Counted from the stretch's first letter, positions 42,397 through 53,310 are shown. The stretch: 64,000 nt of DNA from Bacteroidota bacterium (GCA_049973045.1 JBMFJZ010000001.1:473363-537362); one strand, 5' to 3'. The notes: generated by a model not told the origin, from the sequence alone. A program made the numbers and translations.

Positions 42397-42995
42397 CGCC
42401 TTCTTCTCGTGCTCTTTTCCTTGACCGCGATGGGACGATCAACGAGGAAGTGCATTTCCTTTCTTCCCCGAACGAGGTTCGACTTATCCCGGGATCTGCA
42501 AAAGCTATCAGAGAAGCACGGCAACACGGATACAAGGTTTTCATTATCACAAACCAATCAGGTATCGCCCGTGGTTATCTTACCGAAATCGATCTTCACC
42601 AGGTACATAAGCGATTGCTTCATCTCCTTGCCGAAGAAGAGGCGTTCATCGACGATATCTACTATTGCCCACATCATCCAGAAGTCGGAATTCCTCCACT
42701 GAATACGGTCTGCCCATGCCGAAAGCCCAAGCCGGGGATGCTCTTGAAAGCACAACAAGAGCATGGAGTCAACCTCTCGCAGTCATTTGTCATCGGAGAC
42801 AGGCTCATTGACGTAGAAACTGGTTACAACGGAGGTGCTCGCTCCATTCTTGTCCTGACCGGATACGGAAGGACTGAACGATCGCAACTTGAGACCTCTC
42901 CCATGGTGAAACCGGAATACATTGCGCAAAACTTACTTGATGCCGTTCATTACATTCTCTCGCTGAACCATCAAACTATTCGAGAAAACCCATGA
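42336..42995 (+). CDS. gmhB: HAD-family D,D-heptose 1,7-bisphosphate phosphatase-like (GmhB/HisB-N family)
   Basis: FLDRDGTIN motif, CxC...KPKPGML motif. GTG start that overlaps the glgA end; start uncertain. Confidence 0.65.
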   Translation: MGNIRKEIPLALQEARQEIITPSSRALFLDRDGTINEEVHFLSSPNEVRLIPGSAKAIREARQHGYKVFIITNQSGIARGYLTEIDLHQVHKRLLHLLAEEEAFIDDIYYCPHHPEVGIPPLNTVCPCRKPKPGMLLKAQQEHGVNLSQSFVIGDRLIDVETGYNGGARSILVLTGYGRTERSQLETSPMVKPEYIAQNLLDAVHYILSLNHQTIRENP

Positions 42996-44173
42996 GTAAA
43001 TTACTGAAACGGAAGCACTCATTCGCCGTCACTCTGCAAGTGAGATGGGCTTGCGTTATTCTCTTCCTCGCCTTGACTTTGTGGTCCTGTAGCCAAAAAC
43101 CAAATTCAACAGGGATTGGGATCCTACCACCAGACGATGTTATCGCACCCGATAGCACCGTTGTCACTGCCTCTGAAGCAACGACATTCCTGGATACTCT
43201 CTACACTGGGCATGCCAATGTGCTTCTTGTGGGCACTTTCCAAAATGGCGAATCTATTGGGCTCCTATCGTTTGATGGTGTCCCCGACACTCTGAAAGAC
43301 GCTTCTGTAACATCAGCTACACTGGTTCTATCTCCCCGGTATTCATTTGGGAACTCGCTCACACCATTCACGATGAACATCTATGAGATCGCGCAAGCCT
43401 GGAAAGCTGACAGCGTCACATGGGCTTCCATCACACCGGGCTTCTACCAATCGAACCCAGTTGGATCCTTCGATGGAAATGTGCCAGACACCGGCACGGT
43501 GAGCATTTCACTTGACCCCTCTCTTCTCCAGAAATGGTTTCAACGCAAAGCCGATTCACTCCCAATTTATGGTTTAGCCCTTGTCGCGCCACAAGGAAAA
43601 AACGTAGTCAAAGGCTTTGGGACATTTCAATCATCAAGCCCTCCAGCGCTTGAAGTAATTTACATAAAGGATGGAAGTCAGGATACAATCCGACTCAGCA
43701 GCGGTGCCAATGCTTACGTCGCACATCCTATCTCACCTATTTCTCCTTCAAATGAATTCGTTGTTCAAGGTGGCACTGGCTTGCGAGGATTCCTCCTTTT
43801 TGATGTTCACTCTATCCCATCTCATTCGTTCATCAATGATGCGCAACTCGTGCTCAGCCTCGATCCGAATGAAACGCAGCTTAACAGTTATTCAGTCGAC
43901 AGTGTCATTGCATATTTCGTGACTGATTCCACTAACAGGACGGTCAGCGAAGTTAGTTATCGTTTCAGCTCTCCGAGGGCCCTTACCCAAACAACCGTTG
44001 AGATTCCTATTGCACCAATTGTCCAGAGGTGGGTTTCCGGCGAGCCAAACCAAGGAATAATTCTCCGTGCTGCAGCGGAAAATTCCCGTCTTGACAGGTT
44101 CGCTTTTTACAGCGTAACAGCAGATTCCCTATTGCAGCCGCGGTTATTTATCAAATATACATCCATAAAGTGA
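42992..44173 (+). CDS. Lipoprotein with two DNRLRE-like beta-sandwich repeats (hypothetical)
   Basis: Signal peptide plus lipobox LTLWSC; internal repeat (LLSFDGVPDTL... / LLFDVHSIPSHS...). ATG overlaps the gmhB stop (ATGA). Confidence 0.6.
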   Translation: MSKLLKRKHSFAVTLQVRWACVILFLALTLWSCSQKPNSTGIGILPPDDVIAPDSTVVTASEATTFLDTLYTGHANVLLVGTFQNGESIGLLSFDGVPDTLKDASVTSATLVLSPRYSFGNSLTPFTMNIYEIAQAWKADSVTWASITPGFYQSNPVGSFDGNVPDTGTVSISLDPSLLQKWFQRKADSLPIYGLALVAPQGKNVVKGFGTFQSSSPPALEVIYIKDGSQDTIRLSSGANAYVAHPISPISPSNEFVVQGGTGLRGFLLFDVHSIPSHSFINDAQLVLSLDPNETQLNSYSVDSVIAYFVTDSTNRTVSEVSYRFSSPRALTQTTVEIPIAPIVQRWVSGEPNQGIILRAAAENSRLDRFAFYSVTADSLLQPRLFIKYTSIK

Positions 44174-44182
44174 GCAGTCGCT

Positions 44183-45424
44183 ATGATGCGTGTTCGATTG
44201 GCTTTTTTCTTCACCGCTTTCGTTCCACTTATAAGTTTTTCTACAGGTGGAGGCTCACCCTATTCACGACTTGGGTTAGGTGACCTTCGATATTTTGCTG
44301 GGACGGCAGCAATTGGAATGGCAAATACCGGCATTGCCGTTGTCCATCCTAATGAGATCAGCGCACTTAATCCTGCAGCTTGGGCTGGAATTCACAGAAC
44401 GCGCTTCGACGTTGGCTTTCTCTATGAGGGATTCCAAACAGACGATCAACAAGTGAGCGTGTTCCAGAGCTCTGGGAATTTCAGTGGTCTTCTCTTTGCC
44501 ATCCCAGTAGCTCCCAGCCAGGGATTAACTGTAGCTGGAGGATTCTTGCCTTACTCGACGATGAATTACAACATCGAGACCTCCGTCTCGCTTTTCTCCA
44601 CGCCTGCTATTTCTCACTATTATGGAGATGGCGGAATTTCTATAGCTACCATCGGTTTTTCATACGACCTCATGTCGGATTTTCATATTGGTTCGCGATT
44701 TAACTACATTTTCGGAACGCTGGGATTCAACACTTCTCTTTCGTTTCCTCAAGCTAATGAACTCTTTGGAGGAACAGCACGAAAGGAGCTCAGCACCTAT
44801 GGAGTTAACTTTACACTCGGTGCAGTTGTCGATAGCCTTGGCAAACTTCTTTCGATGAGATTACTGAGGTCCGCATCGATTGGCTTTATCATCACAACAC
44901 CGAGCAAACTCAATCTTTCGAGAGTGACATATTATACGTATGCTCAGAAAAAGGATACAAGTGCCACGTCATCGTCAAGCGTTGATCTTCCATTCTCATT
45001 GGGTATCGGCATAGCTTTGCCGATTGCTCAGCGAACACTTCTCGCAGCGGATTTCTTCACTCAACCCTGGTCGAAGTCCAAGCCCTTGAGCCCCTCATCA
45101 CCGTTTGAAAATCTCCATCGCATTGCTCTCGGAATTCAACGTTCTCCCTATATCGAACCGGGTGCAGCCTATTTTGATCGAAGTGAATTTCGTGCTGGAA
45201 TATTTTATTCAACGCTCTATGAGACTGTAAATGGGAACAGCCTTCGTGAGTACGGGCTGAGCGGAGGCATCGGCTTACCCCTTTCAAGCGGAACAATGAT
45301 GCGAATTTCTGTGGAATACGCTCGTCGGGCACCGGAAGGGGAAAATCTTATAAATGACAGAATAATCCGGCTCGGCATCATGATCAGTGCCAGCGAACGG
45401 TGGTTCGTGCGTCCCGAGGAATGA
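44183..45424 (+). CDS. FadL/OmpP1/TodX-family outer-membrane transport protein (hydrophobic compounds)
   Basis: Signal peptide; hatch-like N-terminus GGGSPYSRLGLGDLRYFAGTAAIGMANTGIAV...NPAAW (the NPA motif region of the FadL family). Confidence 0.5.
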   Translation: MMRVRLAFFFTAFVPLISFSTGGGSPYSRLGLGDLRYFAGTAAIGMANTGIAVVHPNEISALNPAAWAGIHRTRFDVGFLYEGFQTDDQQVSVFQSSGNFSGLLFAIPVAPSQGLTVAGGFLPYSTMNYNIETSVSLFSTPAISHYYGDGGISIATIGFSYDLMSDFHIGSRFNYIFGTLGFNTSLSFPQANELFGGTARKELSTYGVNFTLGAVVDSLGKLLSMRLLRSASIGFIITTPSKLNLSRVTYYTYAQKKDTSATSSSSVDLPFSLGIGIALPIAQRTLLAADFFTQPWSKSKPLSPSSPFENLHRIALGIQRSPYIEPGAAYFDRSEFRAGIFYSTLYETVNGNSLREYGLSGGIGLPLSSGTMMRISVEYARRAPEGENLINDRIIRLGIMISASERWFVRPEE

Positions 45425-45864
45425 TAATGATTGCACTTGCCAGTGATCATGCGGGGTTTGAATACAAGGAAAGGGCGAAGGAGCTCCTGCAAACTCTTGG
45501 CCTTGCATATAAAGATTTCGGAACATTTTCTGAGGAGTCTACGGATTATCCTGATTATGCACATCCAGCCTCCGTTGCTGTTTCCACGGGCAAATGCGAT
45601 CGTGGGATTTTCGTTTGTGGAACTGGCATTGGTATGTCAATCGTCGCAAATAAGCACCGGGGTGTTCGTGCAGCGGCTTGCGAAACTCCAGAAGCGGCGC
45701 GCTTAAGTCGTGCACACAATGACGCCAATGTTCTCACACTTGGTCAACGTCTCATTGATTGGGCAACAGCGGAGCAAATCATACGGATTTTTCTTTCCAC
45801 CAGCTTTGACGGTGGTCGCCATGAACGACGTGTTGAAAAGATTCATACATTAACAAACCTTTGA
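45421..45864 (+). CDS. rpiB: Ribose-5-phosphate isomerase B
   Basis: [17 protein letters not shown]... RpiB/LacAB family. ATG at 45421 overlaps the preceding stop (ATGA). Confidence 0.85.
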   Translation: MIMIALASDHAGFEYKERAKELLQTLGLAYKDFGTFSEESTDYPDYAHPASVAVSTGKCDRGIFVCGTGIGMSIVANKHRGVRAAACETPEAARLSRAHNDANVLTLGQRLIDWATAEQIIRIFLSTSFDGGRHERRVEKIHTLTNL

Positions 45865-45883
45865 ATTAGAGAAGGAGATAAAC

Positions 45884-47209
45884 ATGCCTTCCCTGTCGCC
45901 ACAGAAGGGGCAATCTTCAATTTTGAAAGAACACGATCCGGAAATTTTTGCCGCTCTGAAAAATGAGATCCACCGACAAAATTCCAAACTTGAACTTATA
46001 GCCTCGGAAAATTTTGTCAGCCTTGCTGTCCTGGAGGCGTTGGGCTCCGTGTTGACAAACAAATATGCGGAAGGGTATCCGGGGAAAAGATACTACGGCG
46101 GCTGTGAATTCGTGGATATTGCAGAGAATGTGGCTCGCGAGCGCGTGAAGAAACTCTTTGGCGCGGAATATGCCAATGTACAGCCGCACTCTGGCTCGCA
46201 GGCGAACATGGCGGTGTATTTCACGTTCGTGAAACCGGGAGACACAGTTATGGGGATGAATCTCTCCCATGGAGGGCATCTCACACACGGTTCCCCTGTG
46301 AATTTCTCTGGTCAACTCTACCGCATTGTCTCATACGGTGTGGATCGCGAAACAGGGCGTATCGATTTCAATCAGGTTGAAGACCTTGCAAAAAAAGAAA
46401 AGCCTAAGCTCATCATCATTGGGGCAAGTGCTTACTCCCGCGACTACGAATATGAAAAATTTCGTGCTATCGCAGATAAAGTCGGCTCATATGTCATGGC
46501 AGATATCGCTCACCCTGCCGGACTCATCGCGGCAAAACTGATGAGCGATCCGCTCCCTTACTGCGACGTTGTCACCTCAACAACTCATAAGACCCTCCGG
46601 GGTCCTCGAGGTGGTTTACTTCTCATAGGGAAAGACAGGGAAAACCCACTCGGCATCCGCGCACCAAAGTCCGGGAGACTCAAACTCATGTCTGAGGTAA
46701 TGGACAGCACTGTTATGCCTGGTATTCAGGGTGGACCACTGATGCATGTCATAGCTGCAAAAGCTGTCGCTTTTGGAGAAAATCTCCAGCCGGGTTTTCG
46801 TGTGTACGCTGAACAGATTATCAAAAATGCAAAGCATCTCGCTGCGAAGCTAATCGACAGAGGCTACAACATTGTTTCCGGTGGGACAGACAACCATCTC
46901 ATGTTAATTGACTTACGGAACAAAGGTGTCACGGGCAAAGCCGCAGAAGATGCTCTAAATGCATCCGGTATAACCGTGAACAAGAACATGGTCCCATTTG
47001 ACGATCAGAGCCCTGTGATCACAAGCGGGATTCGCCTCGGAACCCCGGCAATTACAACGCGGGGAATGAAAGAACCTGAAATGGAAATCATTGCAGAATT
47101 AATCGACCGAGTGATCACAAATATTGGGAACGAAGCTGTCTACGCCGACGTTCGAAAAAATGTAGAAGAACTCTGCCAACGCTTTCCACTCTATCCTGAA
47201 TTGCAATAA
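45884..47209 (+). CDS. glyA: Serine hydroxymethyltransferase
   Basis: SHMT PLP motif region ([16 protein letters not shown]); GAAGGAGA RBS. Confidence 0.9.
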   Translation: MPSLSPQKGQSSILKEHDPEIFAALKNEIHRQNSKLELIASENFVSLAVLEALGSVLTNKYAEGYPGKRYYGGCEFVDIAENVARERVKKLFGAEYANVQPHSGSQANMAVYFTFVKPGDTVMGMNLSHGGHLTHGSPVNFSGQLYRIVSYGVDRETGRIDFNQVEDLAKKEKPKLIIIGASAYSRDYEYEKFRAIADKVGSYVMADIAHPAGLIAAKLMSDPLPYCDVVTSTTHKTLRGPRGGLLLIGKDRENPLGIRAPKSGRLKLMSEVMDSTVMPGIQGGPLMHVIAAKAVAFGENLQPGFRVYAEQIIKNAKHLAAKLIDRGYNIVSGGTDNHLMLIDLRNKGVTGKAAEDALNASGITVNKNMVPFDDQSPVITSGIRLGTPAITTRGMKEPEMEIIAELIDRVITNIGNEAVYADVRKNVEELCQRFPLYPELQ

Positions 47210-47217
47210 AGGAGACA

Positions 47218-48024
47218 GTGGATCAACAACTTCCCATAGAGCCGGAGGTCAAGGACTCGCCGCGATCGGGCGATGGTGAACCGAGAACGGTTTTCGAAGA
47301 AGGGGTGGAAATGTCCTTCCTCGATCACCTTGAGGAACTTCGCTGGCGTATCGTGAAATCTTTGCTCGCTATTGCGGCAGGAGCCATTCTATGCTGGATA
47401 TTCATCGATTGGATCATCGATTCTGTTCTCATTCGTCCAGCAGTGAGCGCTGGCATACATCTTCAAAATCTGAAACCGTTTGGTCAACTCCTGCTCTACA
47501 TGGAAGTAGCATTCATCGGTGGAATCATCATCGCAATACCAGTTATTCTTTACCAACTCTGGAGATTCATTGCTCCGGGACTATTCCCAAGAGAGCGTAA
47601 ACCAGTATTAGCCATCGTTTCTTTCAGTTCTATATGCTTTCTTGCAGGACTTGCTTTTGCTTATTTCGCTTTGCTCCCCATGGCACTGAGATTCTTTGCT
47701 CACTTCGGTTCAGTCAATATCGAAAACAATATTGCTATTAACGAGTACATGAGCTTCATCATCAGCGCCATGCTCGGCGCCGGGATCGTCTTCGAATTGC
47801 CGATGGTTTCGTGGTTCCTCTCAAAGCTGGGAGTCATTACACCGGCTTTCATGCGACACTATCGACGTCATGCGATTGTGGTCATCTTTATCCTTGCAGC
47901 AGTTCTCACACCAGGGACAGACCCGGTGAGTCAGGTAATCCTCGCAGTCCCGCTTGTCCTTCTTTACGAGATAAGCATATGGATATCGAAGATCGCACAG
48001 AAAAAATCAACGGGAACAGCATGA
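47218..48024 (+). CDS. tatC: Sec-independent protein translocase TatC
   Basis: FLDHLEELRWRI N-terminus, six TM helices. GTG start with AAAGGAGA RBS; the ATG at 47311 is an alternative. Confidence 0.8.
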   Translation: MDQQLPIEPEVKDSPRSGDGEPRTVFEEGVEMSFLDHLEELRWRIVKSLLAIAAGAILCWIFIDWIIDSVLIRPAVSAGIHLQNLKPFGQLLLYMEVAFIGGIIIAIPVILYQLWRFIAPGLFPRERKPVLAIVSFSSICFLAGLAFAYFALLPMALRFFAHFGSVNIENNIAINEYMSFIISAMLGAGIVFELPMVSWFLSKLGVITPAFMRHYRRHAIVVIFILAAVLTPGTDPVSQVILAVPLVLLYEISIWISKIAQKKSTGTA

Positions 48025-48031
48025 GAATATT

Positions 48032-49003
48032 GTGACCCTGAAAGACATTACAGCCCCAATTAAAAACGAACTTGCCACCTTCGATGCCTTGTTCAAATCC
48101 ACCATGCGCTCGAAGGTGGGAATTGTAGATACGGTAGCACGCTATATCGTGAAACGTAAGGGGAAACGGATTCGTCCCATTCTTGTTCTTCTTTCTGCTA
48201 ACGTCAGTGGGGGAATTACGGAAAGTACTTATCGTGCGGCGACACTCGTGGAGGTCCTTCACACTGCCACACTCGTACATGATGACGTCGTTGATAATGC
48301 CGATACTCGAAGGGGGTTCCTTTCCGTGAATGCGATCTGGAAAAACAAAGTAGCCGTCCTTATGGGCGATTATTTGCTCGCAAGAGGTCTCCTCCTATCA
48401 TTAGAAAACGACGACTTCCTCTTCTTGAAAATCATCTCGAAAGCCGTTAGGCAAATGAGCGAAGGGGAACTTTTGCAGATTTACAAAAGCAGGAAACTCG
48501 ATATTGACGAAGAAACTTATATCCATATCATTACCGACAAAACCGCTTCCCTAATCGCAACATGCTCAGAATTAGGAGCCCTCAGTGCAACGAATAGCGA
48601 GATGATTAGAATGCAGTTGCGCTCTTTCGGCGAAAACCTTGGAATAGCATTTCAAATCCGTGACGACCTGCTGGACTTCATCGGCAAATCAACTCTCCTC
48701 GGCAAACCTGTCGGCGGCGACTTAAAGGAGAAGAAGATCACACTTCCACTCATTTACGCACTGAGAAACGCCACGCCATCTGAATCTCGCCGCCTTCTAA
48801 ACATCATCAAAAATGGTGCAAAATCGAAGGACATTGCAAGAGTAGTCCACTTCGTAAATGAACACGGTGGAATTGAATACGCAAAGCAGCGCGCTGAAGA
48901 ATTCGCCGCTCAAGCAAAGGCGCACCTCTCTACATTGCCAGACTCGCCGAGTAAGACTTCACTCCTCCATCTGGTCGACTTCGTCGTCACGCGGACAAAT
49001 TAA
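48032..49003 (+). CDS. ispB: Polyprenyl diphosphate synthase (hepta/octaprenyl type)
   Basis: First DDxxD motif (LVHDDVVDNADTRRG) and second motif region; GTG start. Confidence 0.85.
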   Translation: MTLKDITAPIKNELATFDALFKSTMRSKVGIVDTVARYIVKRKGKRIRPILVLLSANVSGGITESTYRAATLVEVLHTATLVHDDVVDNADTRRGFLSVNAIWKNKVAVLMGDYLLARGLLLSLENDDFLFLKIISKAVRQMSEGELLQIYKSRKLDIDEETYIHIITDKTASLIATCSELGALSATNSEMIRMQLRSFGENLGIAFQIRDDLLDFIGKSTLLGKPVGGDLKEKKITLPLIYALRNATPSESRRLLNIIKNGAKSKDIARVVHFVNEHGGIEYAKQRAEEFAAQAKAHLSTLPDSPSKTSLLHLVDFVVTRTN

Positions 49004-49018
49004 GCTGAAAGTCGTGCG

Positions 49019-49037
49019 CTCCAATGCATAGCATTGG
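49019..49037. terminator. Perfect 8-bp stem hairpin (TCCAATGC-ATA-GCATTGGA) between convergent ispB and uspA
   Basis: Inverted repeat seen directly; no strong U tract, so it may act as a bidirectional or factor-dependent terminator. Confidence 0.3.
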
Positions 49038-49286
49038 AACGAGAACAAGATTCTAACACCTGTGTCACGGCGAGGAGTTCTTCAACAAGCTCAGTACAAA
49101 CTCCGCGACGAAGCAGTCCGATCAATAATGCAGCACTGCGATCTCCATGGAGATTTCTACGTGGTGCCTTCACGCTCCTTTCCGCGGGTTCGCGATGGCA
49201 GTAAGACGGTAACAGTAATAACAAATGTGCCGGAGGGGATCTTTCATCTCCAGGACAAAAGGAACCACCATACTGCTGATCACCAC

Positions 49287-49802
49287 TCAAACGGCAAAAC
49301 GGGGATCGTTCAAAGCTCCCCCACGGACGGTTAATACCGGACATGGGGCTTTTCGAACAACTCTCTCCGTAGTACTCCCAAAGAGGAGATGCTCAACCGC
49401 CCCATGTCCATGCGCCGCAATAACAATGAGGTCGACATTTTCTGTTTCAGCAAGATGAACAATTTCTGCTGATGGTCTGCCGGTCAGGACCAAAGTACGA
49501 ACCTTTTTGGCAGCCGCACGCTTTTTAAGATACTTTACAACAAGTTTGTCAAGTTCCTCCTGACCCCGGAGCCGCAACTCATCCTCAACATTTGGAATCC
49601 CCACCTGACCCATACTAAAATCAGCAGGATAAATCACTGGCTCAACAACATAGCAAAGAAGCACTTCAGCATTAAACAGTTCAGCAAAGCGTGCTGCATA
49701 TTGAAACGCGTATTTCGAATGTTCAGAGAAATCAATTGGAACAAGAATTTTCTTTATCCGAACAGGGGATGGCGTTTGTCTTATTCGACGAACGTTAGCC
49801 AT
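49287..49802 (-). CDS. uspA: Universal stress protein UspA family
   Basis: KILVPIDFSEHS...AHGHGAVEHLLFGSTTERVVRKAPCPVL. Confidence 0.85.
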   Translation of the reverse strand: MANVRRIRQTPSPVRIKKILVPIDFSEHSKYAFQYAARFAELFNAEVLLCYVVEPVIYPADFSMGQVGIPNVEDELRLRGQEELDKLVVKYLKKRAAAKKVRTLVLTGRPSAEIVHLAETENVDLIVIAAHGHGAVEHLLFGSTTERVVRKAPCPVLTVRGGALNDPRFAV

Positions 49803-50701
49803 TGGTAAGGGTCCTCTCCATCCCTGACGATCTCGAAGAACCGCTTCTGCAAATCAAGCGTTATCGGCCCGGGCTTTCCATCGCCGATGAGAATTCGATC
49901 AATGGAGCGAATGGGGGTAATCTCAGCAGCGGTCCCGCAGAAGAAAAGCTCATCAGCAATGTAGAGCATCTCGCGAGAGATGTCGACTTCATGTACTTCA
50001 TATCCCGCATCTTTCGCTATTCTTAGGAGCGACATTCTCGTAATCCCTGGGAGAACCGCGCGTGTAAGCGGTGGGGTAAAAAGAATTCTATCGCGCACCA
50101 TAAATATGTTCTCTCCACTCCCTTCGCTTACGTAGCCATAGGCATCAAGAGCAATTCCTTCGGCGTAGCCATCAGCAGCAGCTTCAAGTCTGATTAACTG
50201 TGAGTTAAGATAATTACCTGTCGACTTCGCATAAGTAGGAAATGTATCCGGTGCAGCACGATGCCACGAAGAAAGCCGCACGTCAATCCCATTTGCTAGA
50301 GCACCAGCACCAAGGTAGCTTCCCCATTCCCAGACAGCAATGGCAACGTCTATAGGAATGCCGGATGGATCGACGCCAACATCACCATAGCCCCGATAGA
50401 CGAGGGGACGGATATAACAAGCCTTGAGCCCATTTGCTTTGATTGTCTCAATGATTGCTTCCTTCAGTTGATCAAGCGTATACGGAATTTCCACGCGATA
50501 GATTTTGCATGAATCATGCATCCGCCTTAGATGCTCCTGAAGTCGAAAAATCGCAGTTCCCCGCTTTGTCTCATATGCACGAATCCCCTCGAACCACCCA
50601 GACCCATATTGGATAACGTGAGAAAGAATGTGAATCTTCGCATCTGCCCAATCTACCAACGCTCCATTCATCCAGATCTTTGCAACTGGTTTAATGGACA
50701 T
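49781..50701 (-). CDS. ilvE: Branched-chain amino acid aminotransferase
   Basis: Class-IV aminotransferase motifs; AGGAGG RBS. Confidence 0.9.
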   Translation of the reverse strand: MSIKPVAKIWMNGALVDWADAKIHILSHVIQYGSGWFEGIRAYETKRGTAIFRLQEHLRRMHDSCKIYRVEIPYTLDQLKEAIIETIKANGLKACYIRPLVYRGYGDVGVDPSGIPIDVAIAVWEWGSYLGAGALANGIDVRLSSWHRAAPDTFPTYAKSTGNYLNSQLIRLEAAADGYAEGIALDAYGYVSEGSGENIFMVRDRILFTPPLTRAVLPGITRMSLLRIAKDAGYEVHEVDISREMLYIADELFFCGTAAEITPIRSIDRILIGDGKPGPITLDLQKRFFEIVRDGEDPYQWLTFVE

Positions 50702-50789
50702 AGGAACCTCCTTTTGCTCAAAAAATATGATGATGCTCGTTCAGCATCAAATGACCTGTTTTCCAGTGATAATTTCACCGGTCCCCCGC

Positions 50790-51914
50790 CTACGCGGGGA
50801 TTGGGATTTCGTAGAGTCGGTACTTCTTGTAAAGCTCGGCATTCAATAATTTAGCACTTCGGTTCATCATCAGATTGTCTTCTAAAACCCAGCTCGCTTC
50901 AGCATCGGCATACCCCAGCTCGATCCCCCGTCTGGCTGTCTCATAAAAAAGGACCGATGCTGCTCCTCCGCGTTGATACTCAGGGATAACTCCGAGAACG
51001 ATAATCCGCAGCCACGTGATCTCCTTCTTGTGAAGGATGAGTTTAATCATTCCGGGGATCAGCCTCCCTTTCTTATTGTACTTCAATGCCATATTTAAGT
51101 CGGGTAGTGATAGAGCAAACCCTATTGGCTTACCTTTCGACTCAGCGATGATCACAAGCTCCGGAACGACAATTTTCTTCAGATCCTCTGCAAGGTAATA
51201 AAACTCTTCGTCCGTCATTGCCACAGCGCCCCAGTTCTTTGCCCATGCCCGGTTATAAATCTCCTTGATACGGTTCACCTCATTATCAAAATCTTTCATA
51301 TTAATCGTTCGGAAACGGAGCCCCTCACGTTGCTTCACTGCTTCGGCTACACGTACAAGCTTATCAGAAATAACCCTATCCTTAGAAAGGTGGTAAGCGT
51401 AGAGGTCCTTAATTTTCCGCAAGCCGTACCCCTCAGTGAGTTCGATGTAGTATCGCGGATTGTACGGCATCATAATGACGGGAGGATACTCAAATCCTTC
51501 GATAAGAAGTCCCCAATCATCGTTCACAGAGGGATTAGCCGGTCCACGCATGGCAGTCGCACCTTTTGACTTTAGCCACTCACGCGCAGCATCAAAAAGA
51601 GAATTAGCAACGTGCTGGTCGTTTATTGACTCAAAAAATCCGTAAAAGCCTATGTTCTCGCCGTGCGTTTGGTTATGAGCATAGTTCATAATTGCCCCGA
51701 TTCTGCCGACGAGCTCACCATCACGTGAAGCAAGAAAAAGAGCAAGATCAGCATGGCGGTAAAACGGATTGTGCACAGTGTCAACGATCTTGCGGCGATC
51801 CATTAAAAGGGGTGGTACCCACATGGGCTCGTTCTCGTAGATCTTCCAGGGAAACTTTATAAAGCGCTTCAGATCACGCTTCCCTTCAACGCGGTGGATC
51901 GTTACATCACTCAT
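50790..51914 (-). CDS. GNAT-fold acyltransferase family protein (candidate bacterial ceramide synthase)
   Basis: About 375 aa with acyl-CoA N-acyltransferase-like halves. ATG at 51914 with a GAGGAGG RBS (the ORF-track start at 51959 is GTG). Located beside spt. Confidence 0.5.
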   Translation of the reverse strand: MSDVTIHRVEGKRDLKRFIKFPWKIYENEPMWVPPLLMDRRKIVDTVHNPFYRHADLALFLASRDGELVGRIGAIMNYAHNQTHGENIGFYGFFESINDQHVANSLFDAAREWLKSKGATAMRGPANPSVNDDWGLLIEGFEYPPVIMMPYNPRYYIELTEGYGLRKIKDLYAYHLSKDRVISDKLVRVAEAVKQREGLRFRTINMKDFDNEVNRIKEIYNRAWAKNWGAVAMTDEEFYYLAEDLKKIVVPELVIIAESKGKPIGFALSLPDLNMALKYNKKGRLIPGMIKLILHKKEITWLRIIVLGVIPEYQRGGAASVLFYETARRGIELGYADAEASWVLEDNLMMNRSAKLLNAELYKKYRLYEIPIPA

Positions 51915-51993
51915 GGAATATAGCCTCCTCTCTTGTTCAATGTACAAAACCTGGTTCACTTAACGCATACTTCAAAGCAACTTTCAACGAGGT

Positions 51994-52035
51994 ATAAAAT
52001 AAAAAAGCCACGGCACCATACCGTCGCCGTGGCGC
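51994..52035 (-). terminator. Rho-independent terminator downstream of spt
   Basis: Minus-strand RNA forms a GCCACGGC...GCCGUGGC hairpin (8-bp stem) followed by UUUUUUAUUUUA. Confidence 0.6.
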
Positions 52036-52068
52036 GAGAAGTCTGAAAAAAGAATGATAAGCATAGAC

Positions 52069-53310
52069 TCAGTGAATAACACCGAGTTTTCTTCCCACCT
52101 TGCTAAAGGCATCGAGAATCTGATCCAGATGTGATTCCTCGTGGGTCGCCATAAAACTGGTACGAATGAGCTGCATCCCCTGCGGTACAGCAGGGCTGAT
52201 CACCGCATTCACAAACACTCCCGCATCAAATAGTTCTTTCCAGAAGATAAACGTCTTCATGTCATCGCCAATGATCACAGGGACAATAGCCGTTTTGCCG
52301 GGGATGACATTAAAGCCGAGTGATTGCAAACCTTGCCGAATTTTCTCTGAGTTATAGTGCAAGCGTTGAATACGTTCCGGCTCCTGCTCAATAATTTCAA
52401 GTGCGGCAAGAACCGCAGCAACTGCAGCGGGCGTTGGACTTGCGCTGAAAATCAAAGCTTGAGAATGATGTTTGATATATTCAATAACTTTCCGCTCACC
52501 AGCCACAAATCCACCAAGCGAAGCAAAAGACTTGCTGAAGGTTCCCATAATGAGATCAATTTTGTCATCCAGACCGAAGTAGCTCGCTGTCCCTCTCCCC
52601 CCTTTTCCAAGCACGCCTAACCCATGGGCATCATCAACCATAATACGTGCATTGTAATGTTCGGCAATCTCTACAAGCCTGGGCAGGTTCACGATATCAC
52701 CCGACATGCTGAACACACCGTCAACAACAATTAACTTTCCAGCATGTTTCGGTGTTTTCGAGAGCAACCGCTCAAGGTCATCCATGTCATTATGCTTGAA
52801 TCGTAAAAGCTCTCCCCCGCCACCTTTGACAATGAGTGTTCCCACAACTATACTGGCGTGATTTTCTTTGTCGCTGATGACGTAGTCACCCTTCTGGACA
52901 AGTGTTGCAATTACACCTTGATTTGTTTGATACCCGGTGCTGAAGATGAGTGCAGCTTCTTTTCCAACGAATTTAGCAAGGCGTTCTTCAAGCTGAACGT
53001 GAAGGTCGAGTGTACCGTTCAAATACCGAGAACCCGAATTCCCTGACCCATATTTCATTACAGCATTCATTGCTGCTTCTTTTACTTTGGGATGCGTTGT
53101 GAGACCGAGGTAGTTGTTAGAACCTGCCATGATCACCGTTTTCCCTTCTATTGTTACGACCGGTCCATCGTTAGCCTCGATCACCTTGAAATAAGGGTAG
53201 TATCCAAGTTTCTTTACCTCCTCAGCCCGGGTAAAGTTCCTGCATTTGTCAAAAAGATCCAATGTCCCTCCAGAATCTGAATCTCTTGGTATGACTCGTT
53301 TGCCTGACAT
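52069..53310 (-). CDS. spt: Serine palmitoyltransferase (alpha-oxoamine synthase family)
   Basis: [36 protein letters not shown]...[25 protein letters not shown]...VDDAHG, GTFSKS motifs. These match the Spt pattern recalled from Sphingomonas better than the Kbl or BioF patterns. Confidence 0.7.
   Translation of the reverse strand: MSGKRVIPRDSDSGGTLDLFDKCRNFTRAEEVKKLGYYPYFKVIEANDGPVVTIEGKTVIMAGSNNYLGLTTHPKVKEAAMNAVMKYGSGNSGSRYLNGTLDLHVQLEERLAKFVGKEAALIFSTGYQTNQGVIATLVQKGDYVISDKENHASIVVGTLIVKGGGGELLRFKHNDMDDLERLLSKTPKHAGKLIVVDGVFSMSGDIVNLPRLVEIAEHYNARIMVDDAHGLGVLGKGGRGTASYFGLDDKIDLIMGTFSKSFASLGGFVAGERKVIEYIKHHSQALIFSASPTPAAVAAVLAALEIIEQEPERIQRLHYNSEKIRQGLQSLGFNVIPGKTAIVPVIIGDDMKTFIFWKELFDAGVFVNAVISPAVPQGMQLIRTSFMATHEESHLDQILDAFSKVGRKLGVIH

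Noticed and set aside
49337-49410. 11-bp perfect inverted repeat GGACATGGGGC...GCCCCATGTCC
   Set aside because: Lies inside the uspA coding region near its C-terminus, so it is probably coincidental or mRNA structure, not a separate element.
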